DNA of 64,000 nucleotides from Auanema rhodensis. Taxonomy: Eukaryota; Animalia; Nematoda. The stretch spans positions 3,596,001 to 3,660,000 of the forward strand of contig OZ059894.1 in the NCBI GenBank assembly GCA_964057225.1. Direction: 5' to 3'. Positions 1 through 12,175 of this stretch are shown in pieces. Below the pieces are notes generated by a model. It was not told where the DNA came from. It saw only the letters and a program-made list of their open reading frames with translations, and made no database searches. Made by a program: the position numbers and the translations under genes. Each line of letters starts with the position of its first letter. Within the stretch, counting starts at the first letter, position 1.

Positions 1-352
1 AATTTTAAAGTCATGGTTACCATGCACCAATATCAATAAAAATTTGTTTTTAGACTAATATGGACATGGGGAATCTAATTTTGAAAACCGCATCTCTTCA
101 TCTTTCACGTGAAGCGAGTTACATACCAAGTGCACATCACGTGTACACTTAATAAGCATAAATTAAAGTTCACGTAAATTTCAAAGTCATGGTTACCATG
201 CACCAATATCAATAAAAATTCGTTTTTAGACTAATATGGACATGAGGAATCTAATTTTGAAAACCGCATCTCTTCATCTTTCACGTGAAGCGAGTTACAT
301 ACCAAGTGCACATCATGTGTACACTTAATTAGCATAAATTAAAGTTCACGTA

Positions 353-3300
353 AATTTCAAAGTCATGGTTACCATGCACCAATATTAATAAAAATTTGTT
401 TTTAGACTAATATGGACATGGGGAATCTAATTTTGAAAACCGCATCTCTTTATCTTTGACGTGAAGCGAGTTACATACCAAGTGCACATCATGTGTACAC
501 TTAATTAGCATAAATTAAAGTTCACGTAAATTTCAAAGTCATGGTTACCATCCACCAATATCAACAAAAATGTGTTTTTAGACTAATATGGACATGGGGA
601 ATCTAATTTCGAAAAGCGCATCTCTTCATCTTTCACGTGAAGCGAGTTACATACCAAGTGCACATCATGTGTACACTTAATTAGCATAAATTAAAGTTCA
701 CGTAAATTTCAAAGTCATGGTTACCATGCACCAATATCAATAAAAATTTTTTTTTAGACTAATATGGACATGGGGAATCTAATTTTGAAAACCGCATCCC
801 TTTATCTTTCACGTGAAGCGAGTTACATACCAAGTGCACATCACGTGTACACTTAATAAGCATAAATTAAAGTTCACGTAAATTTCAAAGTCATGGTTAC
901 CATGCACCAATATCAATAAAAATTCGTTTTTAGACTAATATGGACATGAGGAATCTAATTTTTTTGAAAACCGCATCTCTTCATCTTTCACGTGAAGCAA
1001 GTTACATACCAAGTGCACATCATGTGTACACTCAATTAGCATAAATTAAAGTTCACGTAAATTTCAAAGTCATGGTTACCATGCACCAATATTAATAAAA
1101 ATTTGTTTTTAGACTAATATGGACATGGGGAATCTAATTTTGAAAACCGCAACTCTTTATCTTTGACGTAAAGCGAGTTACATACCAAGTGCACATCATG
1201 TGTACACTTAATTAGCATAAATTAAAGTTCACGTAAATTTTAAAGTCATGGTTGCCATGCACCAATATCAATAAAAATTTGTTTTTAGACTAACATGGAA
1301 ATGGGGAATCTAATTTTGAAAACCGCATCTCTTTATCTTTCACGTGAAGCGAGTTACATACCAAGCGCACATCATGTGTACACTTAATTAGCATAAATTA
1401 AAGTTCACGTAAATTTCAAAGTCATGGTTACCATGCACCAATATCAATAAAAATTTGTTTTTAGACTAATATGGACATGGGGAATCTAATTTTTTTGAAA
1501 ACCGCATCTCTTCATCTTTCACGTGAAGCAAGTTACATACCAAGTGCACATCATGTGTACACTTAATTAGCATAAATTAAAGTTCACGTAAATTTCAAAG
1601 TCATGGTTACCATGCACCAATATCAATAAAAATTTTTTTTTAGACTAATATGGACATGGGGAATCTAATTTTGAAAACCGCATCCCTTTATCTTTCACGT
1701 GAAGCGAGTTACATACCAAGTGCACATCACGTGTACACTTAATAAGCATAAATTAAAGTTCACGTAAATTTCAAAGTCATGGTTACCATGCACCAATATC
1801 AATAAAAATTCGTTTTTAGACTAATATGGACATGAGGAATCTAATTTTTTTGAAAACCGCATCTCTTCATCTTTCACGTGAAGCAAGTTACATACCAAGT
1901 GCACATCATGTGTACACTCAATTAGCATAAATTAAAGTTCACGTAAATTTCAAAGTCATGGTTACCATGCACCAATATTAATAAAAATTTGTTTTTAGAC
2001 TAATATGGACATGGGGAATCTAATTTTGAAAACCGCAACTCTTTATCTTTGACGTAAAGCGAGTTACATACCAAGTGCACATCATGTGTACACTTAATTA
2101 GCATAAATTAAAGTTCACGTAAATTTTAAAGTCATGGTTGCCATGCACCAATATCAATAAAAATTTGTTTTTAGACTAACATGGAAATGGGGAATCTAAT
2201 TTTGAAAACCGCATCTCTTTATCTTTCACGTGAAGCGAGTTACATACCAAGCGCACATCATGTGTACACTTAATTAGCATAAATTAAAGTTCACGTAAAT
2301 TTCAAAGTCATGGTTACCATGCACCAATATCAATAAAAATTTGTTTTTAGACTAATATGGACATGGGGAATCTAATTTTGAAAACCGCATCTCTTTATCT
2401 TTGACGTAAAGCGAGTTACATACCAAGTGCACATCATGTGTACACTTAATTAGCATAAATTAAAGTTCACGTAAATTTCAAAGTCATGGTTACCATTCAC
2501 CAATATTAATAAAAATTTGTTTTTAGACTAATATGGAAATGGGGAATCTAATTTTGAAAACCGCATCTCTTCATCTTTCACGTGAAGCGAGTTACATACC
2601 AAGTGCACATCATGTGTACACTTAATTAGCATAAATTAAAGTTCACGTAAATTTCAAAGTCATGGTTACCATGCACCAATATCAATAAAAATTTGTTTTT
2701 AGACTAATATGGACATGGGGAATCTAATTTTGAAAACCGCATCTCTTTATCTTTCACGTGAAGCGAGTTACATACCAAGTGCACATCATGTGTACACTTA
2801 ATTAGCATAAATTAAAGTTCACGTAAATTTCAAAGTCATGGTTGCCATGCACCAATATCAATAAAAATTTGTTTTTAGACTAATTTGGAAATGGGGAATC
2901 TATTTTGAAAACCGCATCTCTTCATCTTTCACGTGAAGCGAGTTACATACCAAGTGCACATCACGTGTACACTTAATTAGCATAAATTGAAGTTCACGTA
3001 AATTTCAAAGTCATGGTTACCATGCACCAATATCAATAAAAATTTGTTTTTAGACTAATATGGAAATGGGGAATCTAATTTTGAAAACCGCATCTCTTTA
3101 TCTTTGACGTAAAGCGAGTTACATACCAAGTGCACATCATGTGTACACTTAATTAGCATAAATTAAAGTTCACGTAAATTTCAAAGTCATGGTTACCATT
3201 CACCAATATCAATAAAAATTTGTTTTTAGACTAATTTGGAAATGGGGAATCTATTTTGAAAACCGCATCTCTTCATCTTTCACGTGAAGCGAGTTACATA

Positions 3301-6300
3301 CCAAGTGCACATCACGTGTACACTTAATTAGCATAAATTGAAGTTCACGTAAATTTCAAAGTCATGGTTACCATGCACCAATATCAATAAAAATTTTTTT
3401 TAGACTAATATGGACATGGGGAATCTAATTTTGAAAACCGCATCCCTTTATCTTTCACGTGAAGCGAGTTACATACCAAGTGCACATCACGTGTACACTT
3501 AATAAGCATAAATTAAAGTTCACGTAAGTTTCAAAGTCATGGTTACCATGCACCAATATCAATAAAAATTCGTTTTTAGACTAATATGGACATGAGGAAT
3601 CTAATTTTTTTGAAAACCGCATCTCTTCATCTTTCACGTGAAGCGAGTTACATACCAAGTGCACATCATGTGTACACTCAATTAGCATAAATTAAAGTTC
3701 ACGTAAATTTCAAAGTCATGGTTACCATGCACCAATATTAATAAAAATTTGTTTTTAGACTAATATGGACATGGGGAATCTAATTTTGAAAACCGCATCT
3801 CTTTATCTTTGACGTGAAGCGAGTTACATACCAAGTGCACATCACGTGTACACTTAATAAGCATAAATTAAAGTTCACGTAAATTTCAAAGTCATGGTTA
3901 CCATGCACCAATATCAATAAAAATTTGTTTTTAGACTAACATGGACATGGGGAATCTAATTTTGAAAACCGCATCTCTTTATCTTTCACGTGAAGCGAGT
4001 TACATACCAAGTGCACATCACGTGTACATTTAATTAGCATAAATTAAAGTTCACGTAAATTTCAAAGTCATGGTTACCATCCACTAATAACAACAAAAAT
4101 GTGTTTTTAGACTAATATGGACATGGGGAATCTAATTTCGAAAAGCGCATCTCTTCATCTTTCACGTGAAGCGAGTTACATACCAAGTGCACATCATGTG
4201 TACACTTAATTAGCATAAATTAAAGTTCACGTAAATTTCAAAGTCATGGTTACCATGCACCAATATCAATAAAAATTCGTTTTTAGACTAATATGGACAT
4301 GAGGAATCTAATTTTTTTGAAAACCGCATCTCTTCATCTTTCACGTGAAGCAAGTTACATACCAAGTGCACATCATGTGTACACTTAATTAGCATAAATT
4401 AAAGTTCACGTAAATTTCAAAGTCATGGTTACCATCCACCAATATCAACAAAAATGTGTTTTTAGACTAATATGGACATGGGGAATCTAATTTCGAAAAG
4501 CGCATCTCTTCATCTTTCACGTGAAGCGAGTTACATACCAAGTGCACATCATGTGTACACTTAATTAGCATAAATTAAAGTTCACGTAAATTTCAAAGTC
4601 ATGGTTACCATGCACCAATATCAATAAAAATTTTTTTTTAGACTAATATGGACATGGGGAATCTAATTTTGAAAACCGCATCCCTTTATCTTTCACGTGA
4701 AGCGAGTTACATACCAAGTGCACATCACGTGTACACTTAATAAGCATAAATTAAAGTTCACGTAAATTTCAAAGTCATGGTTACCATGCACCAATATCAA
4801 TAAAAATTCGTTTTTAGACTAATATGGACATGAGGAATCTAATTTTTTTGAAAACCGCATCTCTTCATCTTTCACGTGAAGCAAGTTACATACCAAGTGC
4901 ACATCATGTGTACACTCAATTAGCATAAATTAAAGTTCACGTAAATTTCAAAGTCATGGTTACCATGCACCAATATTAATAAAAATTTGTTTTTAGACTA
5001 ATATGGACATGGGGAATCTAATTTTGAAAACCGCATCTCTTTATCTTTGACGTGAAGCGAGTTACATACCAAGTGCACATCATGTGTACACTTAATTAGC
5101 ATAAATTAAAGTTCACGTAAATTTCAAAGTCATGGTTACCATCCACCAATATCAACAAAAATGTGTTTTTAGACTAATATGGACATGGGGAATCTAATTT
5201 CGAAAAGCGCATCTCTTCATCTTTCACGTGAAGCGAGTTACATACCAAGTGCACATCATGTGTACACTTAATTAGCATAAATTAAAGTTCACGTAAATTT
5301 CAAAGTCATGGTTACCATGCACCAATATCAATAAAAATTTTTTTTTAGACTAATATGGACATGGGGAATCTAATTTTGAAAACCGCATCCCTTTATCTTT
5401 CACGTGAAGCGAGTTACATACCAAGTGCACATCACGTGTACACTTAATAAGCATAAATTAAAGTTCACGTAAATTTCAAAGTCATGGTTACCATGCACCA
5501 ATATCAATAAAAATTCGTTTTTAGACTAATATGGACATGAGGAATCTAATTTTTTTGAAAACCGCATCTCTTCATCTTTCACGTGAAGCAAGTTACATAC
5601 CAAGTGCACATCATGTGTACACTCAATTAGCATAAATTAAAGTTCACGTAAATTTCAAAGTCATGGTTACCATGCACCAATATTAATAAAAATTTGTTTT
5701 TAGACTAATATGGACATGGGGAATCTAATTTTGAAAACCGCAACTCTTTATCTTTGACGTAAAGCGAGTTACATACCAAGTGCACATCATGTGTACACTT
5801 AATTAGCATAAATTAAAGTTCACGTAAATTTTAAAGTCATGGTTGCCATGCACCAATATCAATAAAAATTTGTTTTTAGACTAACATGGAAATGGGGAAT
5901 CTAATTTTGAAAACCGCATCTCTTTATCTTTCACGTGAAGCGAGTTACATACCAAGCGCACATCATGTGTACACTTAATTAGCATAAATTAAAGTTCACG
6001 TAAATTTCAAAGTCATGGTTACCATGCACCAATATCAATAAAAATTTGTTTTTAGACTAATATGGACATGGGGAATCTAATTTTTTTGAAAACCGCATCT
6101 CTTCATCTTTCACGTGAAGCAAGTTACATACCAAGTGCACATCATGTGTACACTTAATTAGCATAAATTAAAGTTCACGTAAATTTCAAAGTCATGGTTA
6201 CCATGCACCAATATCAATAAAAATTTTTTTTTAGACTAATATGGACATGGGGAATCTAATTTTGAAAACCGCATCCCTTTATCTTTCACGTGAAGCGAGT

Positions 6301-8975
6301 TACATACCAAGTGCACATCACGTGTACACTTAATAAGCATAAATTAAAGTTCACGTAAATTTCAAAGTCATGGTTACCATGCACCAATATCAATAAAAAT
6401 TCGTTTTTAGACTAATATGGACATGAGGAATCTAATTTTTTTGAAAACCGCATCTCTTCATCTTTCACGTGAAGCAAGTTACATACCAAGTGCACATCAT
6501 GTGTACACTCAATTAGCATAAATTAAAGTTCACGTAAATTTCAAAGTCATGGTTACCATGCACCAATATTAATAAAAATTTGTTTTTAGACTAATATGGA
6601 CATGGGGAATCTAATTTTGAAAACCGCAACTCTTTATCTTTGACGTAAAGCGAGTTACATACCAAGTGCACATCATGTGTACACTTAATTAGCATAAATT
6701 AAAGTTCACGTAAATTTTAAAGTCATGGTTGCCATGCACCAATATCAATAAAAATTTGTTTTTAGACTAACATGGAAATGGGGAATCTAATTTTGAAAAC
6801 CGCATCTCTTTATCTTTCACGTGAAGCGAGTTACATACCAAGCGCACATCATGTGTACACTTAATTAGCATAAATTAAAGTTCACGTAAATTTCAAAGTC
6901 ATGGTTACCATGCACCAATATCAATAAAAATTTGTTTTTAGACTAATATGGACATGGGGAATCTAATTTTGAAAACCGCATCTCTTTATCTTTGACGTAA
7001 AGCGAGTTACATACCAAGTGCACATCATGTGTACACTTAATTAGCATAAATTAAAGTTCACGTAAATTTCAAAGTCATGGTTACCATTCACCAATATTAA
7101 TAAAAATTTGTTTTTAGACTAATATGGAAATGGGGAATCTAATTTTGAAAACCGCATCTCTTCATCTTTCACGTGAAGCGAGTTACATACCAAGTGCACA
7201 TCATGTGTACACTTAATTAGCATAAATTAAAGTTCACGTAAATTTCAAAGTCATGGTTACCATGCACCAATATCAATAAAAATTTGTTTTTAGACTAATA
7301 TGGACATGGGGAATCTAATTTTGAAAACCGCATCTCTTTATCTTTCACGTGAAGCGAGTTACATACCAAGTGCACATCATGTGTACACTTAATTAGCATA
7401 AATTAAAGTTCACGTAAATTTCAAAGTCATGGTTGCCATGCACCAATATCAATAAAAATTTGTTTTTAGACTAATTTGGAAATGGGGAATCTATTTTGAA
7501 AACCGCATCTCTTCATCTTTCACGTGAAGCGAGTTACATACCAAGTGCACATCACGTGTACACTTAATTAGCATAAATTGAAGTTCACGTAAATTTCAAA
7601 GTCATGGTTACCATGCACCAATATCAATAAAAATTTGTTTTTAGACTAATATGGAAATGGGGAATCTAATTTTGAAAACCGCATCTCTTTATCTTTGACG
7701 TAAAGCGAGTTACATACCAAGTGCACATCATGTGTACACTTAATTAGCATAAATTAAAGTTCACGTAAATTTCAAAGTCATGGTTACCATTCACCAATAT
7801 CAATAAAAATTTGTTTTTAGACTAATTTGGAAATGGGGAATCTATTTTGAAAACCGCATCTCTTCATCTTTCACGTGAAGCGAGTTACATACCAAGTGCA
7901 CATCACGTGTACACTTAATTAGCATAAATTGAAGTTCACGTAAATTTCAAAGTCATGGTTACCATGCACCAATATCAATAAAAATTTTTTTTAGACTAAT
8001 ATGGACATGGGGAATCTAATTTTGAAAACCGCATCCCTTTATCTTTCACGTGAAGCGAGTTACATACCAAGTGCACATCACGTGTACACTTAATAAGCAT
8101 AAATTAAAGTTCACGTAAGTTTCAAAGTCATGGTTACCATGCACCAATATCAATAAAAATTCGTTTTTAGACTAATATGGACATGAGGAATCTAATTTTT
8201 TTGAAAACCGCATCTCTTCATCTTTCACGTGAAGCGAGTTACATACCAAGTGCACATCATGTGTACACTCAATTAGCATAAATTAAAGTTCACGTAAATT
8301 TCAAAGTCATGGTTACCATGCACCAATATTAATAAAAATTTGTTTTTAGACTAATATGGACATGGGGAATCTAATTTTGAAAACCGCATCTCTTTATCTT
8401 TGACGTGAAGCGAGTTACATACCAAGTGCACATCACGTGTACACTTAATAAGCATAAATTAAAGTTCACGTAAATTTCAAAGTCATGGTTACCATGCACC
8501 AATATCAATAAAAATTTGTTTTTAGACTAACATGGACATGGGGAATCTAATTTTGAAAACCGCATCTCTTTATCTTTCACGTGAAGCGAGTTACATACCA
8601 AGTGCACATCACGTGTACATTTAATTAGCATAAATTAAAGTTCACGTAAATTTCAAAGTCATGGTTACCATCCACTAATAACAACAAAAATGTGTTTTTA
8701 GACTAATATGGACATGGGGAATCTAATTTCGAAAAGCGCATCTCTTCATCTTTCACGTGAAGCGAGTTACATACCAAGTGCACATCATGTGTACACTTAA
8801 TTAGCATAAATTAAAGTTCACGTAAATTTCAAAGTCATGGTTACCATGCACCAATATCAATAAAAATTCGTTTTTAGACTAATATGGACATGAGGAATCT
8901 AATTTTTTTGAAAACCGCATCTCTTCATCTTTCACGTGAAGCAAGTTACATACCAAGTGCACATCATGTGTACAC
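353..8975. repeat. Direct duplication of about 23 monomers (~353-4385 and ~4944-8975), offset 4591 bp = 26 monomers
   Basis: The private variant CCACTAATAACAAC was seen only at 4081 and 8672. ATGGTTACCATCC lies at 541 and 5132. Both offsets are 4591 = 26x176 + 6x3 - 3. Confidence 0.9.
705..2297. repeat. 5-monomer higher-order repeat, 886 bp period (about 1.8 copies here; recurs near 5.3-6.9, 8.8-10.2, 28.2-30.0 and 31.4-33.0 kb)
   Basis: Marker CGCAACTC has AACT at 1151 and 2037 (offset 886 = 3x176 + 2x179). The order of monomer types is the same in both units: poly-T/CCC, TCG/GAGG/+3T, CAACT, TTGCC/AGCGC, +3T/GCAAG. Confidence 0.9.
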
Positions 8976-11900
8976 TCAATTAGCATAAATTAAAGTTCAC
9001 GTAAATTTCAAAGTCATGGTTACCATGCACCAATATTAATAAAAATTTGTTTTTAGACTAATATGGACATGGGGAATCTAATTTTGAAAACCGCAACTCT
9101 TTATCTTTGACGTAAAGCGAGTTACATACCAAGTGCACATCATGTGTACACTTAATTAGCATAAATTAAAGTTCACGTAAATTTTAAAGTCATGGTTGCC
9201 ATGCACCAATATCAATAAAAATTTGTTTTTAGACTAACATGGAAATGGGGAATCTAATTTTGAAAACCGCATCTCTTTATCTTTCACGTGAAGCGAGTTA
9301 CATACCAAGCGCACATCATGTGTACACTTAATTAGCATAAATTAAAGTTCACGTAAATTTCAAAGTCATGGTTACCATGCACCAATATCAATAAAAATTT
9401 GTTTTTAGACTAATATGGACATGGGGAATCTAATTTTTTTGAAAACCGCATCTCTTCATCTTTCACGTGAAGCAAGTTACATACCAAGTGCACATCATGT
9501 GTACACTTAATTAGCATAAATTAAAGTTCACGTAAATTTCAAAGTCATGGTTACCATGCACCAATATCAATAAAAATTTTTTTTTAGACTAATATGGACA
9601 TGGGGAATCTAATTTTGAAAACCGCATCCCTTTATCTTTCACGTGAAGCGAGTTACATACCAAGTGCACATCACGTGTACACTTAATAAGCATAAATTAA
9701 AGTTCACGTAAATTTCAAAGTCATGGTTACCATGCACCAATATCAATAAAAATTCGTTTTTAGACTAATATGGACATGAGGAATCTAATTTTTTTGAAAA
9801 CCGCATCTCTTCATCTTTCACGTGAAGCAAGTTACATACCAAGTGCAAATCATGTGTACACTCAATTAGCATAAATTAAAGTTCACGTAAATTTCAAAGT
9901 CATGGTTACCATGCACCAATATTAATAAAAATTTGTTTTTAGACTAATATGGACATGGGGAATCTAATTTTGAAAACCGCAACTCTTTATCTTTGACGTA
10001 AAGCGAGTTACATACCAAGTGCACATCATGTGTACACTTAATTAGCATAAATTAAAGTTCACGTAAATTTTAAAGTCATGGTTGCCATGCACCAATATCA
10101 ATAAAAATTTGTTTTTAGACTAACATGGAAATGGGGAATCTAATTTTGAAAACCGCATCTCTTTATCTTTCACGTGAAGCGAGTTACATACCAAGCGCAC
10201 ATCATGTGTACACTTAATTAGCATAAATTAAAGTTCACGTAAATTTCAAAGTCATGGTTACCATGCACCAATATCAATAAAAATTTGTTTTTAGACTAAT
10301 ATGGACATGGGGAATCTAATTTTGAAAACCGCATCTCTTTATCTTTGACGTAAAGCGAGTTACATACCAAGTGCACATCATGTGTACACTTAATTAGCAT
10401 AAATTAAAGTTCACGTAAATTTCAAAGTCATGGTTACCATTCACCAATATTAATAAAAATTTGTTTTTAGACTAATATGGAAATGGGGAATCTAATTTTG
10501 AAAACCGCATCTCTTCATCTTTCACGTGAAGCGAGTTACATACCAAGTGCACATCATGTGTACACTTAATTAGCATAAATTAAAGTTCACGTAAATTTCA
10601 AAGTCATGGTTACCATGCACCAATATCAATAAAAATTTGTTTTTAGACTAATATGGACATGGGGAATCTAATTTTGAAAACCGCATCTCTTTATCTTTCA
10701 CGTGAAGCGAGTTACATACCAAGTGCACATCATGTGTACACTTAATTAGCATAAATTAAAGTTCACGTAAATTTCAAAGTCATGGTTGCCATGCACCAAT
10801 ATCAATAAAAATTTGTTTTTAGACTAATTTGGAAATGGGGAATCTATTTTGAAAACCGCATCTCTTCATCTTTCACGTGAAGCGAGTTACATACCAAGTG
10901 CACATCACGTGTACACTTAATTAGCATAAATTGAAGTTCACGTAAATTTCAAAGTCATGGTTACCATGCACCAATATCAATAAAAATTTGTTTTTAGACT
11001 AATATGGAAATGGGGAATCTAATTTTGAAAACCGCATCTCTTTATCTTTGACGTAAAGCGAGTTACATACCAAGTGCACATCATGTGTACACTTAATAAG
11101 CATAAATTAAAGTTCACGTAAATTTCAAAGTCATGGTTACCATGCACCAATATCAATAAAAATTTGTTTTTAGACTAACATGGACATGGGGAATCTAATT
11201 TTGAAAACCGCATCTCTTTATCTTTCACGTGAAGCGAGTTACATACCAAGTGCACATCACGTGTACATTTAATTAGCATAAATTAAAGTTCACGTAAATT
11301 TCAAAGTCATGGTTACCATCCACCAATATCAACAAAAATGTGTTTTTAGACTAATATGGACATGGGGAATCTAATTTCGAAAAGCGCATCTCTTCATCTT
11401 TCACGTGAAGCGAGTTACATACCAAGTGCACATCACGTGTACACTTAATAAGCATAAATTAAAGTTCACGTAAATTTCAAAGTCATGGTTACCATGCACC
11501 AATATCAATAAAAATTTGTTTTTAGACTAATTTGGAAATGGGGAATCTATTTTGAAAACCGCATCTCTTCATCTTTCACGTGAAGCGAGTTACATACCAA
11601 GTGCACATCACGTGTACACTTAATTAGCATAAATTAAAGTTCACGTAAATTTCAAAGTCATGGTTACCATGCACCAATATCAATAAAAATATGTTTTTAG
11701 ACTAACATGGACATGGGGAATCTAATTTTGAAAACCGCATCTCTTTATCTTTCACGTGAAGCGAGTTACATACCAAGTGCACATCACGTGTACATTTAAT
11801 TAGCATAAATTAAAGTTCACGTAAATTTCAAAGTCATGGTTACCATCCACCAATATCAACAAAAATGTGTTTTTAGACTAATATGGACATGGGGAATCTA

Positions 11901-12175
11901 ATTTCGAAAAGCGCATCTCTTCATCTTTCACGTGAAGCGAGTTACATACCAAGTGCACATCACGTGTACACTTAATTAGCATAAATTAAAGTTCACGTAA
12001 ATTTCAAAGTCATGGTTACCATGCACCAATATTAATAAAAATTTGTTTTTAGACTAATATGGACATGGGGAATCTAATTTTGAAAATCGCATCTCTTTAT
12101 CTTTGACGTGAAGCGAGTTACATACCAAGTGCACATCATGTGTACACTTAATTAGCATAAATTAAAGTTCACGTA

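Noticed and set aside
34-42. AATAAA polyadenylation signal and GTTACATA D-box-like word
   Set aside because: Both are expected by chance in AT-rich DNA, and there is no gene context.
61-72. G-quadruplex at GGACATGGGG
   Set aside because: There is only one run of three or more G per 176 bp, which is insufficient.
1-176. Identity with known satellites of similar length (Brassica CentBr, Arabidopsis CEN180, honeybee AluI, alpha satellite)
   Set aside because: Only the length is similar. The consensus lacks AGCT/AAGCTT sites and I recognise no shared sequence. A database search is needed for a definitive answer.
1-176. Tandem 5S rRNA, tRNA, snRNA or spliced-leader gene array
   Set aside because: No recognisable Pol III A/B/C boxes, cloverleaf or 5S sequence; the unit is too AT-rich and has internal T runs.
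136-260. Budding-yeast point centromere (CDEI-CDEII-CDEIII)
   Set aside because: The CDEI-like octamer is not followed by a >90% AT spacer of about 80 bp, and point centromeres are not tandemly arrayed.
607-623. CENP-B box in the TTTCGAAAAGCG or ATTCGTTTTTAG variants
   Set aside because: TTCG is present, but the NTTCGNNNNANNCGGGN pattern is not met: the CG spacing is wrong and CGGG is missing.
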